Shown here: one piece after another, positions 1 to 10,080 of the stretch
How the letters are laid out: the number at the start of each line of letters is the position of its first letter
Position numbering within the stretch: the first letter of the stretch is position 1
From: Clostridiales bacterium
GTDB taxonomy: Bacteria; Bacillota; Limnochordia; Darwinibacteriales; B1SED10-159
Reading direction: 5' to 3'
DNA: 55,857 bases
Assembly (NCBI GenBank): GCA_003551965.1
Contig: PUOC01000169.1
Coordinates: 1 to 55,857 of the forward strand
The notes under the pieces: model-generated
The model's input: the letters and a program-made list of their open reading frames with translations, nothing else
Told to the model about the DNA's origin: nothing
The model's database searches: none
Program-made: the position numbers and the translations under genes

Positions 1-2661
1 ATTTTCGGTACAAGCTTGCCGAACTTCGGGCCCAGCTTGGGAAAATTGGCCTTGACCTGGTACTCATAGAAATCTTCAGTGCCGCTGACGAACTGCAGTG
101 CTTTGACATTTAGTTCTTCTTTGACCACATTGTGATAGTCCTCAGGCAACGTCTGCGGTGCTTTCACATACATCCTTCGCAGCGGCTGCCGCACTTTGAT
201 GTTTGCTTGACTGCGGCAGGCTCGTCCGGCGGCCACAATGTCCAGCAGGACATCCATATCCTGCTCTAGCTTCGTGTCCACATGGGCCGCTGCCGGTTCC
301 GGGTACAGACAGAGGTGAATGCTCTCTTCGGCGCTGTCGGAAACGGTTCGCACCAGGTTTTGGTACATCTCTTCGGCCAAGAACGGGACGAAGGGCGCCA
401 AGACCTTGGCAACCGTGGTCAAAACCGTATAGAGCGTGCTGTAGGCATTGACTTTGTCTGGTTCCATGCCTTTTTCCCAAAAGCGTTCACGGCTGCGGCG
501 GACGTACCAGTTGCTCAGCTGATCAACAAACTTCGCTGCCGCGCGCGCCGCCTCGGTAATCCGGTAATTGCCCAGATGGCCGTCGACGGTGGAAACCAAG
601 GTGGATAACCGCGAAAGAATCCAGCGGTCCAAAATGGGAAGCTCTCCATAGGGTGATCCCTGGTGCTCCTGGGGATGGAAGCGATCAATGTTGGCATAGA
701 GGACAAAGAACGCATAAACGTTCCACAGCGTGCCCATGAACTTCCGCTGCCCTTCGGCCACCAGATCATCCGAGAAGCGGCTCGGCAGCCACGGGGCAGA
801 CGCCGAATAGAAATACCAGCGGACTGCATCGGCACCTTGGCGTTCGAGGACGCGGAAGGGATCAACGACGTTGCCCTTGTGCTTGCTCATTTTCTGGCCA
901 TGTTTGTCCTGGACATGGCCGAGAACAATGCAGCTGCGATAGGCGGGCTCATCAAAGAGCAGGGTAGAGATGGCCAAGAGTGTATAGAACCATCCTCGCG
1001 TTTGGTCCACGGCTTCGCTGATGAAGTCTGCCGGAAAATTGTCATCGAAGATCGCTTCGTTCTCAAATGGGTAATGCCACTGGGCAAAGGGCATAGACCC
1101 GGAATCGAACCAGCAGTCGATTACCTCCGGAATCCGCTTCATGGACTCACTGCACTCAGGACAGGTCAAGCGCACTTGATCAATATACGGTTTGTGCAGT
1201 TCAATGTCCCCAGGTACGTCTGTGCCCATCTGATGCAGTTCCGCCACGCTCCCAACCATGTGGCGGTATCCGCAGCCGCACTCCCAGATCGGCAGTGGCG
1301 TTCCCCAGTAGCGCTCCCGGCTCAAGCTCCAATCGACGACGTTTTCCAGGAACTTCCCGAATCGGCCTTCGCGGATGTTGTCCGGCAGCCACTGGATCTG
1401 GTTGTTGTTTTTCAGGAGGCGGTCCCGTACCTCGGTCATGCGGATAAACCAAGTATTGCGTGCATAATAGAGAAGCGGCGTGTCGCAGCGCCAGCAGAAC
1501 GGATAGGAGTGCTCATAGTCCTCCACCTTAAGCATCAGCCCGCGTTCTTTGAGGTTCTCCACAATGGCCGGGTCCGCGTCCTTGACAAACTGTCCCGCCC
1601 AAGGCGTTACGTCTTCCACAAAAAGGCCTTGGTCATCGACCAGCTGCACAAAGGGAAGATCATTGTCCTGGCCGACCCTGGCATCGTCTTCGCCAAAGGC
1701 CGGTGCCGTGTGGACAATGCCCGACCCATCGGTCAGCGTAACAAATTCGTCCGCTACGACGATATAGGCGTTCTTCTCAGGTTCGGCAAAGTCAAAGAGC
1801 GGTTCATATTCCGTTCCGACCAGCTCTTGCCCCTGCCAGCGCTCTAGCACTTCGGCGTCCGCTCCCAGCACGGACTCCACCAAAGCTTCGGCCATGATCA
1901 GCTCTTCGCCGTGATACTTCACTTTAGCATAAGTTTCACGGGGGTGAACGGTCAAGGCCACATTGGAAGGAAGCGTCCACGGAGTAGTTGTCCAGATCAG
2001 GAAATAGGTGTTTTCTGTCCCTTTGACTCTGCATTTGACAAAGATCGAAGGATCGGTGATCTCCTGATAGCCTTGGGCCACTTCGTGACTGGACAATCCC
2101 GTGCCGCAGCGTGTGCAGTAAGGGATAATCTTGTGGCCCTTGTAGATCAAATCCTGTTCCCAGATCTTCTTCAAAGCCCACCACACCGACTCGATATAGT
2201 CGTTGTGGTAGGTCACATAGGGGTTCTCCATATCGGCCCAGAAACCGACCCGCTCACTGATAGTTTTCCATTCTTGCTCATAGCGCCAGACGCTTTCCTT
2301 GCATTTTTCAATGAAGGGCTCGACGCCGTAGGCTTCGATTTCGCTTTTGCCGTCGATACCCAGTTCCTTTTCCACTTCCAATTCCACCGGCAGACCATGG
2401 GTATCCCAGCCGGCCTTACGCAGTACTTGGTACCCTTTCATCGTCCGATAGCGGGGTATGATATCTTTGATGGCGCGGGTAAGGATATGCCCGATATGCG
2501 GTTTGCCATTGGCCGTAGGCGGGCCGTCGTAGAAAGTGAACGGCTCTGCTCCATCCCGGCTATCGATACTTCTTTGGAAAATGCGCTCCTGCTCCCAGAA
2601 CTGGAGGATTTCCTGTTCCATCTGGGAATAATTGGTCTTCGACGACACTTCCCGGTACATC
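1..2661 (-). CDS. ileS: Isoleucyl-tRNA synthetase (type 2), 3' end beyond the left edge
   Basis: Absent from the ORF track because it runs off the window. Reverse translation from the ATG at 2661..2659 reads MYREVSSKTNYSQMEQEILQFWEQERIF..FTFYDGPPTANGKPHIGHILTRAIKD.., a class I HIGH motif. The frame stays open to base 1 (..VKANFPKLGPKFGKLVPK). A T-box leader lies directly upstream. Confidence 0.93.
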
Positions 2662-2689
2662 GCTACCACCCCTATCTCCTTTTTTGCAT

Positions 2690-2990
2690 TCGCCGCCCTT
2701 TAGCTGCCCTGGCAAACAAAAAAACCCTTCATCCCAACAGGACGAAAGGGCCTTTCGCGGTACCACCTGATTTGCACGCAGCCGCGTGCCATCTCTGAGC
2801 ATACGAAACATCCATATGCCATCCTGGTAACGGAGGATGCCGTCAGAGCCTACTCAAAGTTCAGTCTGCCGCTCCAGGGGGATCTTCACTGCAGTTCATC
2901 GGATTGGGCTTCCACCATCCCCAACTCGCTGGGCCTAGAATTGCAGCTACTTTCCCTGTCATAGCGTTGTCTGCTACTGTATGCAGTTGC
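2690..2990 (-). promoter_or_regulatory. T-box leader (tRNA-sensing riboswitch) of ileS
   Basis: The minus strand shows the conserved T-box AATCAGGTGGTACCGCG (complement of 2756..2772). This is followed by a hairpin and the run TTTTTTT (A-run 2718..2724 on plus). An F-box-like CCGTTA, AGTAG/AGCGAG and GGTGGAA stem I elements lie upstream. An AUC triplet (complement of 2881..2883) sits where an Ile specifier could be. The outer boundaries are approximate. Confidence 0.75.
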
Positions 2991-3136
2991 ACCATGGAAT
3001 CAGCCCATGGAATTGATTTAAGTGTAAAGAAATCTGCGGCATTTGTCAATAGGGGCTCGCAGCTGGAATGCCTTTGCAGGCAGCTCCCAGTCACGGACGC
3101 TCCGCTCCGGCTGGCTGCCTAGGCAGAATGCAGATC

Positions 3137-4561
3137 TCAGCTGGACTGGGATAGACTGAGGCTGACTTCGGCAGCATAGGCCGACGATGAAACCGTATCT
3201 CCCATCCCCACTGTGCTCACGGGCTTCGCCACCACATGGGCCGGGACCACGATGCAGTAGTGATCGTCGCCCTCAAAAATACCGTCCCGGACAAAGTCGG
3301 GTCTTATATCCAATCCCTTTGCCCTTGCCTCGGCGGCGAAATCCTGAAGCTGCCCCAAACCGATTTCACTGACCGGCTCGGCAGCCATATCCGCCACATC
3401 GGCCAAGGGCACAGCACCGCCCTGTTTGGCCTTGACGGCATTGACGGCGGAGGCAAAAAGACATGCCTGGCGTACGTTCTCAGGCCCCGTGAAATAAGGC
3501 TTCCGCACCAGCATGATATAATAGCCGAGATTGTGAAGGTGGATGCGTGCCACGTCAAGCTTCCGTGAAAGCGGAACTAGGCCTTGGTAGATGGTAAACG
3601 CCCGTTCATCGGCGATGATCGCCCGCGCTTCGTCCTCCAGTCCAAATTCCTCCAAGACCTTTGTGATCTCGTTTTCGTTGATGCCGAAACTGTCAAACAG
3701 CGGCACAATGTTTTCCAGAACCTTACGTTCGTCATCCACGGTCCGCATGGGCACATATTCCATGTGCAGCTGCAGATCTTCATTGCTCTGTCTCAGAAGA
3801 CCCAGCTGGCGCCGGCTTAGTTCGATGAAGCTTTCCAGATCTTCTGCCCTGCCCGTCACCTTGCCGTGATGGTAGCCGGCCATAAACCCAACGTCCACGG
3901 TACTGCCGACCTCCGGCAGATACGGCTCAAAGTCTTCAGAAAAGGCCATGGCTGCCTTAGGATTGCGGGTCCCCAAGATAATTCGATTGGCTCTCGGCGT
4001 AGTTATCTCTCCCCGGGGAAAACGAAACGTCTCATCGGCCGCGTATTCGAAGATGAAATTAACCTTCGTCCAGGAATCGTTGACGCCCTCACGAATCGGC
4101 ACCCACTGCAGAGAACCGCCGTCAATGCTGGGAAACTGCACCGCCGGGTGATACAGGGCCGCCTGTTTCTCCGAAAGCACCGGATTGTAGACATAAGCCG
4201 GGGCCTTCAACGCAGCCATCTGGTTGGCAATAATGCCCGCCTGGCCGCCCATGGCTTCTTCCGCCTGCGGAAAGACATCCTGGATCCAAGAACTCAAGCC
4301 GATATCGACCACGTCGTAGTAGGATTTTCCTTGGGCGAGACAGTCCTGCAGAAGGGCACAGAACTGCTCCGGTGATGTAATGGGTGACTCGGGACTGCCC
4401 GGCGCTGTGTCCAGCAATTCCGGCGCAGTTTTCGCCACCGCCGCTATGTCCTCCGGCCGCACCCGTACGATTACGTCCACATTAGCGTTGAATGCCGCGA
4501 ATGCCCGGGCTTGGAGTTTTGTCTCATTGACGGCTTGTTCTAGATACGTCTGCCACGACAT
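3137..4561 (-). CDS. ADP-dependent sugar kinase family protein (ADP-PFK/GK-like)
   Basis: Motifs typical of the ADP-dependent glucokinase/phosphofructokinase family: FNANVDVIV near the N-terminus, GGQAGIIANQMAAL, FGINENEI, HLHNLGYY, and C-terminal VGMGDTVSSSAY. The start was moved to the ATG at 4561 (MSWQTYLEQ), which has a GAGGGGA SD and lies downstream of the rbsK stop at 4578. Confidence 0.8.
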   Translation of the reverse strand: MSWQTYLEQAVNETKLQARAFAAFNANVDVIVRVRPEDIAAVAKTAPELLDTAPGSPESPITSPEQFCALLQDCLAQGKSYYDVVDIGLSSWIQDVFPQAEEAMGGQAGIIANQMAALKAPAYVYNPVLSEKQAALYHPAVQFPSIDGGSLQWVPIREGVNDSWTKVNFIFEYAADETFRFPRGEITTPRANRIILGTRNPKAAMAFSEDFEPYLPEVGSTVDVGFMAGYHHGKVTGRAEDLESFIELSRRQLGLLRQSNEDLQLHMEYVPMRTVDDERKVLENIVPLFDSFGINENEITKVLEEFGLEDEARAIIADERAFTIYQGLVPLSRKLDVARIHLHNLGYYIMLVRKPYFTGPENVRQACLFASAVNAVKAKQGGAVPLADVADMAAEPVSEIGLGQLQDFAAEARAKGLDIRPDFVRDGIFEGDDHYCIVVPAHVVAKPVSTVGMGDTVSSSAYAAEVSLSLSQSS

Positions 4562-4577
4562 GGAAACATCCCCTCTT

Positions 4578-5510
4578 CTATGCGTTTTCTTCATTCCTAA
4601 GATACGCCTCCACTTCGCCGCGTGTGGGCATGGACGGTTGCGCACCGGGCCTCGTTACAGCAATGGCAGCCGCAGCATTGGCCAATTTGGCAGCGGCCAA
4701 AAGGGCCCTGCCTTCCCCTAAGGCCACCGCCAGCCCCCCAGAGAAGGCATCTCCCGCAGCCACCGTGTCTACCGGTTTCACCCGATGGGCGTGAATGTGG
4801 AATTCTCCCCGCTGACTGCAGCCGTATACCCCGCCGCTTCCTAAGGTGATAATCACCTGCCCCACACCGCGATTCAAAAGCTCTTTGGCCGCTTTGCGGG
4901 CACTGGCCTTGTCATGGACATCGATGCCGGTAAGCAGTTTCGCTTCGCTCTCGTTGGGCGTGATCACACTGATGCAGTGAAAAAGACTGCTGTCTAGCAT
5001 CTGGGCCGGTGCGGGGTTCAATATGACTCGCTTGCCCATCTGCGCTGCTTTTTTAACGGCATGGGCAACGGTATCCAGGGGAATTTCCAGCTGCAGGACC
5101 ACCACATCGGCCCGCTTCATGGCCCGCTCAGCCACGTCAATGTCCTGGCGGGATATGGCTCCGTTGGCGCCTGGTACGACAATAATGCGGTTCTTGCCAT
5201 ACTCCTCCAATATGATCGACGCCACGCCCGACGGCTGGTGGTGGTCCTGGGTAATGTAACGCACATCAATACCTTCATCTTTCAGGCTCTGCAGCTGTTC
5301 ATTGCCGAACACATCGGCCCCCAAACGCCCCAGCATGGTCACAGAGCCCCCCAGCCGAGCCCCCGAAACAGCTTGATTGGCTCCCTTTCCTCCAAAGAAC
5401 CGTTGAAAGCGCGAGCCCATAATGGTTTCCCCTTCATCGGGGGTGCGCGGTGCCGTCACCACCAGATCCATGTTGAGACTGCCAATCACGAGAATATGAC
5501 TCGGTTTCAC
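4578..5510 (-). CDS. rbsK: Ribokinase
   Basis: PfkB/ribokinase signatures are present: ILVIGSLNMDLV, GGKGANQAV, NESEA, and VDTVAAGDAFSGGLAVAL. The start was set to the GTG at 5510, with a GGGAGG SD 9 nt upstream. The longer ORF to 5591 adds a non-homologous extension. Confidence 0.88.
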   Translation of the reverse strand: MKPSHILVIGSLNMDLVVTAPRTPDEGETIMGSRFQRFFGGKGANQAVSGARLGGSVTMLGRLGADVFGNEQLQSLKDEGIDVRYITQDHHQPSGVASIILEEYGKNRIIVVPGANGAISRQDIDVAERAMKRADVVVLQLEIPLDTVAHAVKKAAQMGKRVILNPAPAQMLDSSLFHCISVITPNESEAKLLTGIDVHDKASARKAAKELLNRGVGQVIITLGSGGVYGCSQRGEFHIHAHRVKPVDTVAAGDAFSGGLAVALGEGRALLAAAKLANAAAAIAVTRPGAQPSMPTRGEVEAYLRNEENA

Positions 5511-5754
5511 GAATTCAAGCCTCCCTATGGACGCTTCTCCGGTTCGCTGCCTGCCATGGAAGCAAGCGGAGAAATCTGCCCCTGACTTCATTTGACAGCC
5601 GTCGCCATTGTCACGCCACGGGCCCGGGCTGGCACCGGTATCTTAACGGAGCGGAAAGACGAAACAGCGTCAATATCTGTCTAAAGGTTTCTTGATAGGA
5701 ACTGAAATCCCTCTCTCTTGGAATCTGCGCCAGCGATTTTTCGGCCGCACGCTG

Positions 5755-5783
5755 TTGTCAACGCAATTCGAAAGTGTTATACT
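5755..5783 (+). promoter_or_regulatory. Candidate sigma-70-type promoter for the NifU-like gene
   Basis: TTGTCA (5755..5760), a 17-nt spacer, then TATACT (5778..5783). It lies about 25 nt upstream of the AAAGGAGG SD. Confidence 0.4.
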
Positions 5784-5805
5784 AATGATTGCATAGATAA
5801 AGGAG

Positions 5806-6039
5806 GTGCCTCGCTTGGAAGAAAGAGTCAAGGAAGTTCTCGACAAAGTTCGCCCGGCCCTCCAGGCTGACGGTGGCGATGTAGAACTGATCAGTGTAGA
5901 TGACGATAACGTGGTAACGGTGCGGCTGACAGGCGCATGTGCCGGCTGCCCCATGTCTCAAATGACCTTAAAGGGCGGTATCGAGCGGATTTTGAAACAG
6001 GAAATTCCTGAAGTTGCTTCGGTGGAAGCTGCACAATAG
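5806..6039 (+). CDS. NifU-like Fe-S cluster assembly domain protein
   Basis: The translation ..VKEVLDKVRPALQADGGDVELISVDDDNVVTVRLTGACAGCPMSQMTLKGGIERILKQEIPE.. is the NifU C-terminal domain with its CxxC motif. The true start may be the TTG at 5815, which is 8 nt after AGGAGG. Confidence 0.85.
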   Translation: MPRLEERVKEVLDKVRPALQADGGDVELISVDDDNVVTVRLTGACAGCPMSQMTLKGGIERILKQEIPEVASVEAAQ

Positions 6040-6053
6040 CCACCCGCGAGCAT

Positions 6054-6085
6054 GGGGAGCAGGCATATGCCTGCTCCCCTTTTTT
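6054..6085 (+). terminator. Rho-independent terminator after the NifU-like gene
   Basis: A 26-nt palindrome GGGGAGCAGGCATATGCCTGCTCCCC (6054..6079) is followed by TTTTTT (6080..6085). Confidence 0.8.
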
Positions 6086-6106
6086 ATCCGTGAGAGGAGA
6101 ATTGGT

Positions 6107-7210
6107 GTGCATCCTGCGGCAGACATTATGGCCGAAGTTGACATTCCTCTCTGGGCCGTTATAAGGCCTCGAGTTTTGGAACATCTGCCCGCTATCTACC
6201 GACGGCGGGAGCAAGACAACACCTATCCTGCATTGGCCCACACGCCCTCTAGTCAGCGGTGGAACCCAGCGCAGCACCTGTCGGGCGTACAGAGTATATT
6301 GGTGGCGGCTCTTCCCTACAATCCCACTGGCTGGATAGACAACGGCCGCACGCCGCTCTCCGGTACCGTCTCCCGCTATGCCTGGGGACGCGACTACCAC
6401 AGTGTCCTGGAAGAAAAACTGCAGCAGGCCGCGGATCTTCTCCAGAGCAAAGTGGGGGTTGGCCGCTGGTTTGCAGCCGTTGACAAAACACCGCTTCCCG
6501 ATCGCGAGCTGGCGGTAGAGGCAAGGCTGGGCTGCTTTGGCTGGAACAGCTGCGTATATTGCCCGCCCTTTGGCTCAAGGGTGGTCCTAGGCTCTCTGTC
6601 CATCGATAAGAAACTGCCCGTCCATACTCCACCGCAGAAGCCGTCGGCAGACTGCGGGCTATCCTGCAATGCCTGTATGCAATCCTGCCCTACCGGGGCC
6701 ATCCGGGAACCGTACTACATCAACCCCTATATCTGCCTTGCCTATCTAACCCAGGCCAGCGGCGTTTTCCCAAGATTGTACCGACCGCTTTTGGGGCAGC
6801 GCATCTGGGGCTGCGACACCTGCCAAGACGTCTGTCCCATGAATCAGCGGGCAGAGCCGGCGCAGAAAGAGTACTTCGCTCCACTGCAGTATAGGTCGCT
6901 GCCGCTGCCTGAGGTACTGCAGTGGTCCCATGCCGACTTTCGGGCGAAGCTCGGCAAAACGGCCCTTGGCTGGCGGGGAAAGAATATTCTGCAGCGCAAT
7001 GCCGCATTGGCCCTGGGAAACAGCGGCAGTTCCGAGGCCCTTCCCCCCCTGCAGGACACCGTAGAACGGCACGGAAGTGCCGTGGTCCGGGCCAGCGCCC
7101 TCTGGGCCATGGGCCGCCTGCAGCCGGCCTCAGCCCGCCGCAGGGCTCTACAGCTGTGCGGCAGTGACATCGACCCGATTATCCGTCAGGAGGCACAGTA
7201 CTGGCTGTAG
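6107..7210 (+). CDS. queG: Epoxyqueuosine reductase
   Basis: YAWGRDYHSVLEEKL is present, with two 4Fe-4S motifs (CNACMQSCPTGAI and WGCDTCQDVCPMN) and a C-terminal HEAT-like tail (RNAALALGNSGS..VRASALWAMGRL). The start was set to the GTG at 6107, after a GAGAGGAGA SD and after the upstream terminator. Confidence 0.85.
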   Translation: MHPAADIMAEVDIPLWAVIRPRVLEHLPAIYRRREQDNTYPALAHTPSSQRWNPAQHLSGVQSILVAALPYNPTGWIDNGRTPLSGTVSRYAWGRDYHSVLEEKLQQAADLLQSKVGVGRWFAAVDKTPLPDRELAVEARLGCFGWNSCVYCPPFGSRVVLGSLSIDKKLPVHTPPQKPSADCGLSCNACMQSCPTGAIREPYYINPYICLAYLTQASGVFPRLYRPLLGQRIWGCDTCQDVCPMNQRAEPAQKEYFAPLQYRSLPLPEVLQWSHADFRAKLGKTALGWRGKNILQRNAALALGNSGSSEALPPLQDTVERHGSAVVRASALWAMGRLQPASARRRALQLCGSDIDPIIRQEAQYWL

Positions 7211-7256
7211 CCTTTCGGATCTTTGCTTACTTTTTCGGTTATATTGGACCAGGCGG

Positions 7257-7285
7257 TTGATCCCCTGCCCTTTATGCTTTATACT
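7257..7285 (+). promoter_or_regulatory. Candidate promoter of the iron ABC operon
   Basis: TTGATC (7257..7262), a 17-nt spacer, then TATACT (7280..7285). Confidence 0.45.
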
Positions 7286-7300
7286 GATACCACGGATGTT

Positions 7301-7315
7301 TGAGAATGATTCACA
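7301..7315 (+). promoter_or_regulatory. Fur-box-like operator
   Basis: TGAGAATGATTCACA matches the 7-1-7 Fur consensus TGATAATnATTATCA at 12 of 14 defined positions. It lies just downstream of the -10 element and upstream of an Fe3+-type ABC importer. Confidence 0.5.
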
Positions 7316-7360
7316 TTTTCGTTTCTTTGTGGTGACGTATTTCAAGGAGGAGGCAGATTC

Positions 7361-8365
7361 ATGAAAATCCAACCACTGGTGGTGCTTTTGGTATTTTTTG
7401 TTGCGGCAGGAGCGGTCGCTGAAGCGTCCCAACTAGTCATTTACTCCGGGCGCAATGAACGGTTTGTCATGCCTCTAATTGAGGCTTTCCAGGAAGAGAC
7501 GGGGATACGCGTCCAGCTTCTCTCCGGTGATGCGGCCCAGTATGTACATCGTCTGCAGGCCGAACGGAACAATCCCCGAGCCGATGTGTTCATCTCCAAC
7601 GACGGCGCCCTTCTGGAAGTGGCCCGCAGCATGGACTTGCTGATGGCTAACGACAGTGAGGCACTAGAGGCCATACCTGAACAGTACCGAGCTCCAGACG
7701 GAGCATGGGTGGGCTTAGCGGCACGGACACGGGTACTCATGTACAACAAAGATATGACCACCGAAGAGGAGATGCCCGCGTCGGTATGGGATCTGGCCGA
7801 TCCGCAGTGGCACGGACAGTTTCTGATTACCAGACCTGGAAATGCCAGTATGGTGAGCCACATTTCAGCGCTGCGGGTTGTCCATGGGGACGAAACAACG
7901 AAAAATTTTCTGCGCGGGCTGATGGACAATGAGCCGACCATAGTGCGCGGCCACACGGATATCCGGCGGGCCGTAGGCGCCGGCGAGTATGCCTTTGGGC
8001 TGGTCAACAACTACTACTACCATCTGCAGTTGGAGGAACCCCGTGACAATCATGTGGGGGCTGTGTATCCGGACCAGGGTGAAGGTGAGATGGGCGCCTT
8101 TGTCAATGTATCGGGAGTAGGCCTGGTAAACGGCGCGCCTAATGCAGCCAACGCCCTGCAGTTCATTGATTACCTCCTGCAGCCTGAGCCGATGTACCTG
8201 TACTCTTACAACAGCCGGGAAACACCCCTTGTCCCTGACATCGAAGCGGTCAGCGATGCCAAGCGCATTGACGAGTACCGCGCCGCCGAGCTGCCGCTTG
8301 GCCAGTTAGGCCCCATGTACAACACGACACTCGATCTCATGGAAGCGGCAGGGTTTGGTGAATAA
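7361..8365 (+). CDS. ABC transporter substrate-binding protein, Fe3+ (FbpA/AfuA-like) type
   Basis: It has a signal peptide MKIQPLVVLLVFFVAAGAVA, then LVIYSGRNERFVMPLIEAFQEETGIRV typical of family-1 iron-binding proteins. There is a strong SD (AGGAGGAGG). It is the first gene of a three-gene ABC operon. Confidence 0.8.
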   Translation: MKIQPLVVLLVFFVAAGAVAEASQLVIYSGRNERFVMPLIEAFQEETGIRVQLLSGDAAQYVHRLQAERNNPRADVFISNDGALLEVARSMDLLMANDSEALEAIPEQYRAPDGAWVGLAARTRVLMYNKDMTTEEEMPASVWDLADPQWHGQFLITRPGNASMVSHISALRVVHGDETTKNFLRGLMDNEPTIVRGHTDIRRAVGAGEYAFGLVNNYYYHLQLEEPRDNHVGAVYPDQGEGEMGAFVNVSGVGLVNGAPNAANALQFIDYLLQPEPMYLYSYNSRETPLVPDIEAVSDAKRIDEYRAAELPLGQLGPMYNTTLDLMEAAGFGE

Positions 8366-9989
8366 GGAACGAATAGGAGCGCTGTCTGTGTCCAATTCCA
8401 AACATCCCGTTATGGGAAAAGTACGGCAGGCTTGGATGCGGCATTGGCAGGGAAGGCCGCCCAGCGCCGGTCTTTTGACTGCGGCTTTTTTCGGTGCTGC
8501 TATCATGATCATTCCTGTGGTCTATGTTGTGTCCTTGGCTGCAGAGGCCGGGCCCGGGGCCTGGTCTCGTCTTTTCACCACCCGCGTTCCTACACTGTGG
8601 TGGAACACCTTCGCTTTGACGATTTCGGTGACCGCGGCCTCCGTCACCATCGGCGGTTTGCTGGCTTTTTTGACGTTGCGCACCGATCTTCCGGGACGGG
8701 GTCTGTTCCGCTGGCTGCTGGCCGTACCGCTGGCAGTTCCTCCGTATATCGGGGCTTTGGCCTATATATTGGTCTTTGGACCCCGGGGGCTGTGGTTTCA
8801 ATGGCTGGGGTCGGCTCCAGTGGATATCTACGGGTTTGTGGGAGCTTTCTGGGTTCTGACTCTGTTCACCTATCCCTATACCTATCTCATCACTTCCGCG
8901 GCCCTGCGCCGTCTCAACCAGAACTTCGAAGAAGCCGGCTTAAGCTGCGGCGTTCCCTATTGGAAGGTACTGCTCACCGTGACCCTGAAACTCCTGCGCC
9001 CCTCCCTAGGGGCCGGCGCGGTGTTGACGGCCCTTTACGTGCTCTCGGACTTCGGTGCCATTGCTATGCTCCGCTACAATACCTTTACCCGCGCCATCTA
9101 TTATCAGATGACAGGAAGATTTGACCAATCGGCGGCCGCGGTACTGAGCCTGCTGTTGATGGTTGTCACCGTCCTCGTTCTTACCGTGGAACGGTTTACC
9201 CGCGCCCAGCAAGCCTTTCGTCAGGACAGCGGCACCTACCGCAAACCCCAGCTGATCAAACTAGGCCATCTGCGCTGGCCCAGCCTGGTCTTCTTGGGCC
9301 TGATATTATTTTCCGCTGTCTTGCTGCCCATCGCTGTCCTCCTATACTGGACAGTGCTCGGCTGGAACCAAGGTACCGTTGATGCTCGGTTCTGGCAGTT
9401 TGCCTGGAATAGTTTTTCGTCGGCTGCAGCCGCTGCACTGCTGTGCGTACTGCTGGCCCTGCCGCTGACATATCTGAAATCCCGCTATCCCAGCCGAAGC
9501 ACGGCCGCGCTCCTGCGGATAGCCTATGGCGGGTATGCTCTGCCCGGCGTCATCGTCGCCCTGGGTATCATGATCGTCTACGACCGATTTTTACCGGTCT
9601 TCTATGGAAGTCTGAGCATGCTGATTCTGGCATTGACGGTGCGCTTTTTGCCGCAGAGCATGCAGTCGCAGGATGCCGCTTTGGAGCTGGTATCGCCCCG
9701 ATTGGATGAAGCTGCCCGTTCCATGGGCCAAACCCCTTTAGGCGTCCTGTACCGCGTAATTTTTCCGGCCATTCTGCCCGGTGCGGCCGCCGGAGGAGCG
9801 CTGGCCTTCGTCAGTGCCCTCAAAGAATTGCCGGCCGCACTGCTTCTGCGGCCGGCCGGATTCGATACCCTTTCGGTCCGAATTTGGATGGAATCCGTGG
9901 AGGGGTTTTATGCCTATGCGGCCCCGGCGGCACTGCTGCTTATCGCAGTGTCCATGCTTCCCCTGCGCTTGATTCTCAACAGGTACTAA
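8355..9989 (+). CDS. ABC transporter permease, fused two-domain (FbpB-like)
   Basis: This 544-aa polytopic protein has two MalFG-type permease halves (..LSDFGAIAMLRY.. and ..ALKELPAALLLRPAGFDTL..). The start is uncertain: the GTG at 8355 overlaps the SBP gene, and a GTG near 8388 has a GGAG SD. Confidence 0.85.
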   Translation: MVNKERIGALSVSNSKHPVMGKVRQAWMRHWQGRPPSAGLLTAAFFGAAIMIIPVVYVVSLAAEAGPGAWSRLFTTRVPTLWWNTFALTISVTAASVTIGGLLAFLTLRTDLPGRGLFRWLLAVPLAVPPYIGALAYILVFGPRGLWFQWLGSAPVDIYGFVGAFWVLTLFTYPYTYLITSAALRRLNQNFEEAGLSCGVPYWKVLLTVTLKLLRPSLGAGAVLTALYVLSDFGAIAMLRYNTFTRAIYYQMTGRFDQSAAAVLSLLLMVVTVLVLTVERFTRAQQAFRQDSGTYRKPQLIKLGHLRWPSLVFLGLILFSAVLLPIAVLLYWTVLGWNQGTVDARFWQFAWNSFSSAAAAALLCVLLALPLTYLKSRYPSRSTAALLRIAYGGYALPGVIVALGIMIVYDRFLPVFYGSLSMLILALTVRFLPQSMQSQDAALELVSPRLDEAARSMGQTPLGVLYRVIFPAILPGAAAGGALAFVSALKELPAALLLRPAGFDTLSVRIWMESVEGFYAYAAPAALLLIAVSMLPLRLILNRY

Positions 9990-10080
9990 AGCCCGTTGGA
10001 CGTCCGCGGCCGGGATGGAAGACCGGTTCCCAAACCTGTGGGCCTGCAGTATCAGATATAACCATAGGAGGTGGTACGGC

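Noticed and set aside
663-2798. Two long plus-strand ORFs (394 aa and 295 aa) near the left edge
   Set aside because: They lie antisense to a clearly recognisable ileS reading frame (HIGH motif and conserved blocks on the minus strand). Their translations are low-complexity and Arg/Ala/Gly/Pro-rich. These are typical shadow ORFs of GC-rich DNA.
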